From assembly GCA_002633005.1 (NCBI GenBank), contig NMRA01000633.1, positions 37,398 to 101,397 of the forward strand: a DNA stretch of 64,000 nt, written 5' to 3'. The notes under the pieces are model-generated. The model made no database searches. It had not been told where the DNA came from and saw only the letters and a program-made list of their open reading frames with translations. A program made the position numbers and the translations under genes. This DNA comes from Phoronis australis. Its lineage: Eukaryota > Animalia > Phoronida. This document shows, in pieces, positions 36,601 to 43,751 of the stretch (within the stretch, counting starts at the first letter, position 1; the number at the start of each line of letters is the position of its first letter).

Positions 36601-38759
36601 AGGCATCTATTAGTGAGATGATGCTATCATCCTGTTTTTGGATGGAATCGAGGTATTTTGCGCCACCTAGTGGCCATTTTTGCTGTTTTCGAATCTTGTT
36701 TTTGGCGTCCACCCCACGATCGATCAAATCATTCTAGGGATGGTTTTGAAAATTGGCGTACATGTTTTCAGTGTGAAGAGGACGTTTGATGATGGTGACT
36801 GGCTACTGTGGCGCCTCCTAGTGGTAGTTTCGTTTGTCTTTTGCCCATTGCGTATATCCAAAACCCACTGCAGGATCTTTATTAAATTTGATAAGTGAAT
36901 TTATATGAAGATAACAGATGACAACTTTCAGGCAGATCGAATGGACACTGTACCCACAAGTGCCAATTTCATTTTATTCCATTTTCCTTTATTTCTCTGA
37001 AGCTCCTTGATAGATTTTTATGAAATATGGCATGTTCCCATATTTGGAGGGATTGTACATTTTTGCGCCATCTACCATAGTGGCCATTTCTATGATACAA
37101 ATGAATAATCCTAAAAGCACACCATTTGCGATGCATTGGTGGGCACATTTCAACGCTCTGCGTTGCTCTTGTTTTTGATGATGAAATAATTGTTTGTGAT
37201 CTTATTCATACATCTGAAAATTTACCCAATGACTGGTGCAGGCAATAACATTAGCCATCCATTGGAATGTAGTCTGATAAGTTATCCTGTTATTGACAGC
37301 AACTGGTTATCAGCTCTATGTTATTGGTGACTCTAATCTAGTGTTACAGGCATGGTTTGACATGTTATTCTAGCATAGACAACTGGTTATCAATTCTATA
37401 TTAATTAAATCAGTTTTTGGCTAAAGTAAGATTGAAAAATGGACGATCTCTGCACAAATAAAAAAGCTCATGTTCAATAAACATTTCGTCTGTTCATTAG
37501 TCTAAGACATCATCAGGATAATGATTTACAGAGGACAGCAAATGCCAACATACAGCTCGGGTAACATCCATAAAGCGAAGTAAGAGATACAGGGAATTCT
37601 AAGTAGCTGGTCATCACCAAAGTTGCAGGGTCACTGAGCTCTGCAGGTTATTCAGAGATCATGTCTAATGAATAGACGAAATGTTTATTGAACATGAGCT
37701 TTTTTATTTGTGCGGCGATAGTCCATTTTTAATCAATTCTATAATATTAGTGGCTACAATTTAGTGAATATAGACGTGGTTTGCATCAAGATCATTCATT
37801 TCAATGGTTTATGACCTGGAATTCAGATATAAATTATCATGAACTTGTAATGAATCAACTCAACTACTAGTTACTAATTTTTCACATTCCAGCTTCCGCC
37901 AACGTTGTGTCCAAACCACCGACGACGAGCGATTGACCGGTTCAAGAAAGCTTTGTTTGCTCCGCAGAGTACGTCTTCTAACTTGAAGACAGAGCTCAAG
38001 AAACTGCTAAATAGCTCCCGAGAGTTTATTGAACTCAACTTGGGCTTGTCTGAAACCTCGCTGTTATCCAAACATGCAAATTTAGAGACAGAGGCACTGA
38101 CAAGTAATGGGGAAAAACAGGGTAAGAAGTTGACAAAGGTACTAGGCCAGTATGTCAGTCTTGAGTAACCTTTTCTGAGAGTGTTGCATGATTAAAGTGG
38201 AACTTGCAGACTAATTCATTATCTCTGTGATTGCTTGGCCAAATTAGTTAGAAACACAACATATAGTGACGGTGTGAATAGGAAGTAGGTTGAAAATTAC
38301 CAAATATTTTTAAGAGTTTTGTGGTGAAAATGATCTGCAGCTGCAAATCACTGAACCGTGTGCAGTTAGTATCATGATGTGGTGCTGGGGAATAACAATG
38401 CATCAATATTATGAATTATTTAGTATATGATGATATTTAGAAATGTGCTGAATGCCAATATCACCAGTGTCCCATACGTCAGAATCAAGGACATTCAATT
38501 TGGTGTCCAAAATTTTAGAGACTGTCCAACATTGTAGACTGATTACCATACATTATTCTTGGTTATAGTGAGTCAGCATAAGTCACTGGATGCCGACAGT
38601 CACCACGTGGGCATCACATACGAACAAATGAACGGTATCATTGAGACTGTTCTGGTGGAATGTGGTTATTATGATATGTCACCCAACGCGCAACACAGAC
38701 GTATGCCTCTGGCCCCCATTGGTCAAGATGTGCTCCACAGGATCCCCTCGGCAAGCTGA
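3645..38759 (+). CDS. NEK10: NEK10 serine/threonine(/tyrosine) kinase gene, multi-exon (N-terminal armadillo repeats, central kinase domain, conserved C-terminal block)
   Basis: 25 GT-AG exons joined in consistent phase. The translation tracks vertebrate NEK10 as recalled: ACCAALTELVLNDTNAH, AFRTLRFLFSMERNRQLFKRMFP, GTGAFGSVYKV, HRDLTPNN, DFGLAK, LEKKLERERKRT, RKVRQISDP, GITYEQM. Stop at 38757-38759. Confidence 0.97.
3690..3703. promoter_or_regulatory. RFX X-box GTTGCCATAGCAAC
   Basis: Canonical near-palindromic X-box starting at +5 of the intron after coding exon 1 of a ciliary kinase gene. Confidence 0.65.
4088..4731 (+). mobile_element. Penelope-like retroelement 3' fragment with an inverted terminal copy
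   Basis: Flanked by the direct repeat tatgcatttattat (4074-4087 and 4732-4745). Disrupted frame HSFPMEDVKILDREENWFRRGVKETI*ERIENPSLNRQGGLRFHL is typical of the PLE GIY-YIG C-terminus. ~4127-4339 is the reverse complement of ~4505-4730. Confidence 0.8.
4644..4686 (+). ncRNA. Degenerate minimal hammerhead ribozyme motif (second copy at 4171-4213 on minus)
   Basis: stem I tggc/gcca, CTGATGA core, stem II gtcctc/gaggac, GAAA altered to acaa (gcaa in the other copy), acgt stem III, GTA cleavage triplet. Confidence 0.6.
5860..6042 (+). CDS. NEK10: NEK10 exon 2 (DAKDLQRLLDLLSTPASKQQLP...STEALALEQF)
   Basis: tttcag acceptor, AG|gtattt donor; matches NEK10 SKQQLP and STEA.ELE.F. Confidence 0.92.
6026..6275 (+). 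repeat. 39-41-bp tandem repeat x6 spanning the exon 2 donor
   Basis: gcccttgaacagttcag|gtattggtcaccagggggttct. Confidence 0.9.
6411..6598. repeat. 45-bp tandem repeat x4
   Basis: aaaaatgcattcagaatgtgcacttgtatagacaatgtttaatct. Confidence 0.9.
6782..7122 (+). mobile_element. Internally deleted HINE copy retaining both ends
   Basis: 5' ttttatgcgctcacat; 3' atgggcgcatttcaccgctccacattgctcttgtt. Confidence 0.75.
7217..7315 (+). CDS. NEK10: NEK10 exon 3 (SKFASERTFSSHHHHQYFTKLLAALVQQRLCN)
   Basis: ttccag acceptor, gtaagt donor, phase 2-2. Confidence 0.9.
7721..7926 (+). CDS. NEK10: NEK10 exon 4 (EWSERAPSENILRVLVCLRILMRD...KEMT)
   Basis: Part of ORF 7707-7997; LRVLVCLRILMRD conserved; A|gtaagg donor. 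Confidence 0.95.
8090..8320. repeat. 31-bp tandem repeat x7 with an internal palindrome
   Basis: ctcctaatgttgtaccaaggagtgtactaca; ggagtgta-c-tacactcc hairpin across units. Confidence 0.9.
8406..8473 (+). CDS. NEK10: NEK10 exon 5 (IFQKLSAAVEQREWLVACGAHK)
   Basis: tttcag acceptor, gt donor; matches IFQKLAA..QREW...GAHK. Confidence 0.92.
8885..9264 (+). repeat. Perfect 71-bp tandem repeat x5+ made of the exon 6 3' end plus donor
   Basis: Unit starts at 8885, 8956, 9027, 9098, 9169 and 9240. Confidence 0.95.
8906..8970 (+). CDS. NEK10: NEK10 exon 6, 3' part (LSASDVIVLHCSIHALTSLAQ), seen only as a tandem-repeat unit; acceptor and 5' codons missing at the 'n' at 8884
   Basis: Aligns to NEK10 LGARDTNVLLGSLLALASLAES; ends AG|gtaagt in phase 2, matching exon 7. 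Confidence 0.75.
10232..10318 (+). CDS. NEK10: NEK10 exon 7 (PQPRRMIGELNTVELLLRILQEYDSVSQK)
   Basis: ttttcag acceptor, gtgagt donor; ELN.VE.LL.IL.EYD conserved. Confidence 0.93.
10685..10813. repeat. 32-bp tandem repeat x4
   Basis: ccactatggtgtttgagtgtcagcagaattga. Confidence 0.9.
10991..11512. repeat. 17-bp satellite running into a gap
   Basis: ttacagttgttacactg. Confidence 0.95.
13137..13226 (+). CDS. NEK10: NEK10 exon 8 (LAATLLRILCNDSQVREDVKLYDGIPIML)
   Basis: ttgcag acceptor, AG|gtaggc donor; VKLY.GIP conserved. Confidence 0.93.
13209..13550 (+). repeat. 42-bp diverged tandem repeat x8 spanning the exon 8 donor
   Basis: cattcctataatgctcag|gtaggcagacatgggggaactgta. Confidence 0.9.
15015..15192. 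repeat. 22-bp tandem repeat x8
   Basis: tgtcgggccctggttacaatac. Confidence 0.95.
15459..15590 (+). CDS. NEK10: NEK10 exon 9 (LLHSDNIKLVWNIVWCLVQL...GGIPLLLTLL)
   Basis: ttccag acceptor, gtaagt donor; ARM-repeat sequence. Confidence 0.95.
15853..16090. repeat. Diverged ~31-35-bp tandem repeat
   Basis: gttcagctcagacccacagtgtgtgtggctat. Confidence 0.75.
16346..16442. repeat. 30-bp tandem repeat x3
   Basis: ctcaaaatttgagtgaggtagccctgtaca. Confidence 0.9.
16788..16975. repeat. 45-bp tandem repeat x4
   Basis: atacacaggatgatttgatacattaaacaatgatcacacaacaat. Confidence 0.9.
17123..18492. repeat. 27-bp minisatellite (~20 copies) split by a TIR element
   Basis: tttgtatgtaatgtcagtattattgac at 17123-17455 and 18277-18492. 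Confidence 0.95.
17455..18280. mobile_element. ~825-bp non-autonomous TIR element (Tc1/mariner-like) inserted in a 27-bp minisatellite
   Basis: TIR core acctaattatcggacg / cgtccgataattaggt; TA at both ends; the same array resumes on the far side. Confidence 0.7.
18675..18771 (+). CDS. NEK10: NEK10 exon 10 (DRKFVPERASVSSGPASASASGRTPVSATFEE)
   Basis: ttttag acceptor, gtaaat donor; DR.FV and GR conserved; phase 2-0. Confidence 0.88.
19293..19343 (+). CDS. NEK10: Candidate 51-nt in-frame cassette exon of NEK10 (DIMNLFCLEKDASSRSK)
   Basis: ttcttctcacag acceptor, AAG|gtgaga donor, phase 0-0, no stop; no homology support. Confidence 0.4.
20142..20327 (+). CDS. NEK10: NEK10 exon 11 (TEELNELKLSLKAACCAALTELVLNDTNAHYLVQANGVY...ALQ)
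   Basis: Near-identical to the NEK10 AACCAALTELVLNDTNAH motif. Confidence 0.96.
20544..20842. repeat. 20-bp minisatellite just upstream of exon 12
   Basis: tggtacacatggttgtgttt. Confidence 0.95.
20907..21074 (+). CDS. NEK10: NEK10 exon 12 (RNAFRTLRFLFSMERNRQLFKRMFP...INSLP)
   Basis: Part of ORF 20901-21281; ttgcag acceptor, gtgagt donor. Confidence 0.97.
21372..21545 (+). CDS. NEK10: NEK10 exon 13, kinase start (G-loop GTGAFGSV; catalytic Lys in LAMKE)
   Basis: Overlaps ORF 21390-21617; phase 0-0. Confidence 0.96.
22292..22555 (+). CDS. NEK10: NEK10 exon 14 (alphaC Glu, HPNVVRYY, YIVMELIEGAP)
   Basis: Part of ORF 22226-22588; ttccag acceptor, gtgagt donor. Confidence 0.97.
23019..23719. 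mobile_element. hAT-like MITE
   Basis: cagtgctcaa / ttgagcacgg termini; interrupts a ctgactgagactgtcagacatgag repeat; TSD not clear. Confidence 0.45.
23372..23609. repeat. 22-bp x5 and 41-bp x3 tandem repeats
   Basis: aattgagtttgagaatgaagtg; atggacattgagttggtgaactgttaccctgtggagctatg. Confidence 0.85.
23915..24017 (+). CDS. NEK10: NEK10 exon 15 (LVLALRYLHKEKNIVHRDLTPNNIMLGENDKVTI)
   Basis: Catalytic loop; ttttag acceptor, gtaagt donor. Confidence 0.97.
24461..26530 (-). mobile_element. Decayed DNA transposon: THAP zinc-finger and Kolobok-like transposase fragments
   Basis: ORF 25918-26433 has the THAP pattern (C..PRC, LHRF, W, CGKHF, LKKGAIPSL). ORF 24461-24841 has WECVAGHSAKWDS...GVLFT. 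TTAA|AGGTACAG-type terminus at ~26530. Confidence 0.6.
24993..25102. repeat. 21-bp tandem repeat x5
   Basis: aaactgtcctgactaagtgac. Confidence 0.9.
26933..27141 (+). CDS. NEK10: NEK10 exon 16 (DFGLAK...GTILYCCPE...DIWAIGCILYQM...LAKT)
   Basis: Part of ORF 26905-27171; activation segment. Confidence 0.97.
27584..27654 (+). CDS. NEK10: NEK10 exon 17 (IVEAKYDPIADDSYSNKISEIVA)
   Basis: ttacag acceptor, gtaagt donor; IVEA.Y.P and YS.K conserved. Confidence 0.93.
28112..28268. repeat. 26-bp tandem repeat x6 (repeated again at 28565-28673)
   Basis: attaatgttgagagtagtcctccctt. Confidence 0.9.
29112..29261 (+). CDS. NEK10: NEK10 exon 18 (CLQADPADRPDVVQV...SLEKKLERERKRTL)
   Basis: Part of ORF 29062-29265; kinase end and coiled coil. 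Confidence 0.96.
29383..29599. repeat. 14-bp palindrome-rich minisatellite
   Basis: ccatggtgcactaa. Confidence 0.9.
30352..30425 (-). mobile_element. tRNA-derived SINE head
   Basis: A-box-like tggcctggttg and B-box ggttcaagtcc on minus; no clean cloverleaf. Confidence 0.5.
30439..31348 (+). repeat. 17-bp satellite spanning a gap, similar to the exon 19 acceptor junction
   Basis: ctg(t/c)tacagac(a/g)ctaca on both sides of the N run. Confidence 0.9.
31439..31555 (+). repeat. 28-bp tandem repeat x4 spanning the exon 19 acceptor
   Basis: acttcagttgttgtgttacag|gcattac. Confidence 0.92.
31546..31663 (+). CDS. NEK10: NEK10 exon 19 (HYTEANKNMQNYQRLFLASQERYDKLVNLASSGGAASLK)
   Basis: EAN.N and SSGAASLK conserved; the acceptor used is ambiguous among tandem copies. 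Confidence 0.9.
32531..32642 (+). CDS. NEK10: NEK10 exon 20 (DTDISDGVFSDSEVFDKLP...NNEK)
   Basis: ctacag acceptor, gtaaac donor; phase 0-1; low-complexity linker. Confidence 0.8.
33238..33417 (+). CDS. NEK10: NEK10 exon 21 (WASDDDSYPSSGSDSRESS...LTLDVT)
   Basis: ttgcag acceptor, gtatgt donor; 180 nt open, phase 1-1. Confidence 0.78.
33715..34038. repeat. Diverged ~52-bp tandem repeat
   Basis: tgtgactcaatgtctgctgttatcattcatctaaggccttggccgcatgactc. Confidence 0.75.
34340..34567 (-). mobile_element. tRNA-derived SINE
   Basis: A-box tggctcagtgg and B-box ggttcatatc on minus, followed by a ~170-bp body ending in an A-rich tail. Confidence 0.5.
34704..34895 (+). CDS. NEK10: NEK10 exon 22 (PKSSRDSGICSGDPSP...FHRSLS...GPRRP)
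   Basis: ccgcag acceptor, gtgagt donor; 192 nt open, phase 1-1. Confidence 0.8.
35292..35404 (+). CDS. NEK10: NEK10 exon 23 (SATKSATLTISPRKVRQISDPILPMLNQLHKIIYISQ)
   Basis: RKVRQISDP and QLHKIIYI NEK10 signature. Confidence 0.96.
35448..37173 (+). mobile_element. Full-length HINE/DINE-1-like element with ~3 internal ~445-bp units
   Basis: 5' subTIR palindrome atgcgcccacatatttatatgtgagcgcat, GTCC/GTCT microsatellite, 3' subTIR, terminal hairpin caacgc-tct-gcgttg, T-rich flanks. Confidence 0.85.
37430..37734. mobile_element. MITE/foldback with ~70-bp inverted repeats
   Basis: gcacaaataaaaaagctcatgttcaataaacatttcgtct and its reverse complement at ~37675-37714. Confidence 0.7.
37893..38121 (+). 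CDS. NEK10: NEK10 exon 24 (LPPTLCPNHRRRAIDRFKKALF...NLKTELKKL...)
   Basis: Overlaps ORF 37905-38168; RFKK.LF and NLK.E.KKL conserved. Confidence 0.95.
38569..38759 (+). CDS. NEK10: NEK10 terminal coding exon 25 (…GITYEQMNGIIETVLVECGYY…SAS*)
   Basis: ttatag acceptor; GITYEQM..IE.VL.E.GYY conserved; TGA stop. Confidence 0.95.
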
Positions 38760-38977
38760 CCATGGGAAAGGAACTGACCACATGGAAAGAAGTGAACACT
38801 GGACAGGCTTGTGAGCAGGAAGACTCTGTACTGGAGACTAGGTACAAATATTGGCTAATCACATGACACGCTTTGCTTGAACTTTTACATTTCTTGCAAT
38901 GCGATTGGTCAGTTTTTTTAGTCCAATCTCATTAAAAATTTTGTTATGTTGGTGTCAAGAATGGCCAGAAATACTCC

Positions 38978-39278
38978 ACCAGGATGTTGATGGACACACT
39001 CTGATTACCAGGATGTTGATGGACACACTCTGATTACCTGGGTGTTGATGGACACACTCTGATTACCAGGATGTTGATGGACACACTTTGATTACCAGGA
39101 TGTTGATGGACACACTCTGATTACCAGGATGTTGATGGACACACTCTGATTACCAGGGTGTTGATGGACACACTCTGATTACCAGGATGTTGATGGACAC
39201 ACTCTGATTACCAGGATGTTGATGGACACACTCTGATTACCAGGATGTTGATGGACACACTCTGATTACCAGGGTGTT
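38978..39278. repeat. 29-bp minisatellite x10 downstream of the NEK10 stop
   Basis: accaggatgttgatggacacactctgatt. Confidence 0.95.
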
Positions 39279-42000
39279 TTGTCTAAACAATTCTAGCAGA
39301 TTGCTGTCAAAATGGTTTTGGGTATGTTTATATAACAAAAGAGGATTTGTGTAGAAATTATCTAATGCTTGTATGCTTTTTGTCCACAAAATGTGAATGT
39401 TTTCAAGATTTTGGTGGCACAGATATCTTCTTTGTTAAGGAAAGTCATTTTGAAGAGTAGAGGCAGTAATTTCAGTCAAGCCTTCTGTTGAGAATTCAGT
39501 ATGTTATTGATTGAATGGGATACCAAAGATTGCAAAATGAGTCTGTCATTGAGTATGGGCCAGTAATGGTGACCTGAGCTGAAGAATCTCTTTCATCTAC
39601 TCTCAGTTGGTTGGAGTACAAGTACACATATCAACTGCCCTTAACACAGTCCGTCCACTGTAAAGGTTGTTATTGGTACTAGCTAGCATTTGTGCACAAT
39701 CTAACTTATGTGTTATCAATCTAACTTATGTGTTATCGATTTCTTAACTATCATGGAACTGTTTGTAACAACCTTTCAGGATGTAGTAATGCTCACTGAT
39801 GTTCCATTTTTATCGAGTCCATCTTGAATCAACTTGTCACTGCTGCCCATGGATTGAACCACTGACATCCATGGTTGAACTGTTGACAGTTTTTATGCTT
39901 GGCAGAATGGTTCATTAAAAGTACAAGTTTATTTTTCTGTTATAATATTTGTGTATTTTTTGGCGTTTTAGAAGCATTGTTATTTTTGTCACTCCAGTGA
40001 CTAAGCAACCCAATTAGTGGGGTTGTATGCACTATTTTAAAGGTGTCACTTTAAAAATATTTTGTACACACACAGAAGTCATAGCAACTGCATGACTATA
40101 GTTAAAGTGCGTAACATGGATGATAGATGTCTGCTAGAGTTTTACAAAACATGTATTTATAAAATGAAAGTAATTGCTCAATTTCCAATATATGTTGTAA
40201 TGCTGTACATTTGCTTAGTGTGTAGACTTAGTTCTTATTATATTTTTAAAAGCTTTTACATGTGCAGTAGAGCTTCTTTTTATCCATACAGTGTGCAAAT
40301 ATTTATTGCTAGCAACATTCCATTGACCTCTCTTATTTTTGCTGAAATGTTTACATTGATTGATACAACGACCATCAGCCAGTGATTTAAGAAAAGACAA
40401 ATTGCAATAATTGTCTACTTTAGTTGCATGTAGTTGGGAGTGAGGAGAGGTTTGCATACTTGTGACACTATGTAAAAAGTGTTTAGTTTTGGTGATAATT
40501 GCATAAAATTTTGAGTATGGAACTGGTCACATGTTGAGAGAGCCAAATGTTTTGCATCTCTTTCAGTGCTCGATACCTTACTATGTAAACAGACTGATGA
40601 GCAGTTTTATTTTGTAGCTTATTCATGGATTGCAGGCTTGTATCATTAATCACTTTTGTTGTAGAAATAGTTTACAATTTATTCTGCTTCTCTGGCTGGG
40701 AACATGACTAAAGTTGTCGTGTTGATGTTAAGTAAGATGAAACTGGTAGTGTTTAACTGATCACTTTATTATTGTGTGAAGCAGGTTTTTGTCATTTCCG
40801 TCCAGTGCTAGTTCCTGAGCACACCATGTCCCTCCAATCAGCTGTGCAGTTATTAGTCAGGTGACCTAGCAGAGTTGAGAGGCCATCTTTTGTATCCAGA
40901 ATGGACGTAATTATATTGTGCGTTATTCAGAATACATACTGTTATTATATTGTGTTATCCAGAATACTGTTATTATATATTGTACAATTTGTGCGAGTGT
41001 GCCGATTTTAAGTTGCATTTTAAAGAGGGACACGGGCAGTTTTAAGCAGTTCATGTGAAGTGGAACGAGTACAGTTTTGTACTTAGCACATTGCTTTAAG
41101 CGAAACTTCTCCTGCACGTTAAGTGTAGACACTTGTATGGTATGGGTTTTTCATTTCTGTTCGCTGTGTTTGAATGTTCACTTCTAAGTCCAGACTGTTG
41201 ATATTTAGTTGGTATGTTTAACATATCTTGCTAGTGACCAAGACAGTGCGTACTCCAGTCTCTGTCCTCAGCTTACCACTGAATCACATTAAAATAATGA
41301 AAACAGAGCTCACAATTTTACCGACATTCTTTGTGCTAAGTTCTGCCAAAAGATAGATTATACTGAACTTTGAAATCAGTTTTTAGAGGTTCACAGCGAT
41401 GTTGTTTATAATTGTGAAGTAACATCGACTGGTCAATGATACAGTGCTCTCAATGATTTCACTTCATTCCACTATTGTGATTGCAAGGTCACCCGTCTCA
41501 AAATAAGAGTTTTTAAAATTTATTGAAAGGTGTAGTTCTTCACATATGCAGTTAGTGAACAGTTGTTCTGTACAGTTAACTTATCACAACAAACCTCCCA
41601 GTATTTGTCAGTGCAATAAGCATGCGCACAGCCAGCCTAAATAATGAAGGGGCTCAAATTTTTGAGAATGTGGGCATTTTACTACAATTCACAGGGTACG
41701 TTCAGGGCTACCAATTGTGTACTCGCCAAATTTTGGTAGTTCTTGCCTTTGTAGTGGACTTATGTCTCATTTTCTACTTTTTTCGGACTTTTTGTTTCTC
41801 TGGGGCGGACCTTTTTGCCCACTTTGCCAAATTGGGGGTCTCGTTAGAGCCCCCCCCCCTGTGGGTTTGCACATGATAAGATTGCTGTTAACATAAAAAT
41901 TATTGGCTTGAGACGTAAGTGTAAGCAAACATAGACCATCAGTTTGGAGTCTCGACCAGATTCTGTATCAACACTGTTGGTTCAATGCGTTTCAAATGTT

Positions 42001-42237
42001 CAGGGCTTGGAATTTTCCTCTTTTAAGAGGATTTCCTATTTTCTGGTTACAATTTCCTTTTACTTGATTTCCAGTTTCTACTTTTCTATCACTATTTCGA
42101 CTTAATTCATGCAAAAACTGATTTCAGTCGAATTTTACAACACAAAAAATATTTCTATTGCACAAGCCTATTTATTTCTGGAAAGATACCTCACCTAGAA
42201 AATTTTCCTTTTTTGCCATTGGTCATTCCAAGCCCTG
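42001..42237. mobile_element. hAT-like MITE
   Basis: 13-bp TIR cagggcttggaat / attccaagccctg; no clear TSD. Confidence 0.55.
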
Positions 42238-42291
42238 GTTCATGTGTCGACCACTTTTAATAACCAACTCACATGGTGATTAGACATCACA

Positions 42292-42297
42292 TTTATT
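42292..42297 (-). promoter_or_regulatory. Candidate RBMS polyadenylation signal (AATAAA on minus), implying a ~4.7-kb 3' UTR
   Basis: tttatt at about the point where the + strand switches from T/G-rich to A/C-rich. Confidence 0.35.
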
Positions 42298-43587
42298 TGA
42301 CTACTAAGTCATGCACTGAACAGAAGATGAATACTCTCAAGCTAAAACTGAACAAAATAATTCTCTCAAGTGCTCGTTTCTCAAAAACAGGTGTTCTGTT
42401 TAATAAACCAATTCCCCTACATAAAACAGTCCCACAAGTCATATAATCAATGATCTCTAAACTATCGTAAAGAATTCAGATCCAGTATCAGACAAGCGTG
42501 TATCGCATATCTTTATACAGGAGTCTTGCAAACGCACATAAATACAATGAAACATGCAATGCATATCCATATATATATATTCAGTGTTGTATCTCCATTT
42601 CACTGGATCTTCATCATCTCTCTCACTCTCAATTATTCAACAAAGCAAAAGCTCGACACATAATGCTTAACAGGACAGTTATAACTAAACACGGCTCCAC
42701 TGTTATCTCTTCACCTTCACAGCAAATGTAATAACAACACTGAAGCATTCATACAGAAATCAATTGAATTTATGACTTGCAGGGGAACCTAAAGTTTACA
42801 CTGTACAATAAAATGAGGGTCAGACAGACGACAACAGGGGGGGCTTCAACATGATCCCTTAATGCTATGTACTCGTTATTGGAATAACGCATTACCGAGT
42901 ACTCAACAATGACTTGTAATATCTTGTAATACAACAACATCCAATACCACTACGCACTTGTTACTAGAACAACTCTTATCTTAAGTTACCTGTTATGTTT
43001 ACCGGTTCACCATCAGTAAACAGTGTTAATGTTATGTTATGCAACTGTTAATAGAATAACGTTGGCTCTCTGTAAATCTTCCTTATTACTGTAATAACAC
43101 ATTCTTAACAACACTAAAGAGGCTTACTGGAATAAAAATCAAATACATTACACGACTACAGAGTAACGCAGCTGGATATTATTTTATTCATATGGGGTGT
43201 GAAAAAATAGACTTTGAACAGTTCAATATTTCAACACATTATTTTAACTGGTTAATATTTTGGTTAAATAGTTTAACTAATTATACAAAAACAAACATTC
43301 TGTGATATCTGCGGAACATAGTTATACGTAAACAAAACATTTGCCATGGAATAGTATCCATTGTTCTTATCACAGTAGATGCAAATGAACTTTCCAATAG
43401 CTGTAACATCATAACAGCTTAATTTATACTCGTAACTTCCAAGTCATTCTTCTCCAATCACTGAGCACAAACTTGTATAACACGTTCTAATTACTCACCA
43501 TTGTGCAATATCCATCCACGTGTTTACGTGCCCATCAACACGAACCTCATAAGTTTTAACTATTTGCACAACTTTATAAATGGCCAG

Positions 43588-43751
43588 AGTGAGAACTAGT
43601 ACATGGTTCATACAGCAGCAGTGAGAACTAGTACATGGTTCATACAGCAGCAGTGAGAACTAGTACATGGTTCATACAGCAGCAGTGAGAACTAGTACAT
43701 GGTTCATACAGCAGCAGTGAGAACTAGTACATGGTTCATACAGCAGCAGTG
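43588..43751. repeat. 32-bp tandem repeat x5
   Basis: agtgagaactagtacatggttcatacagcagc. Confidence 0.95.
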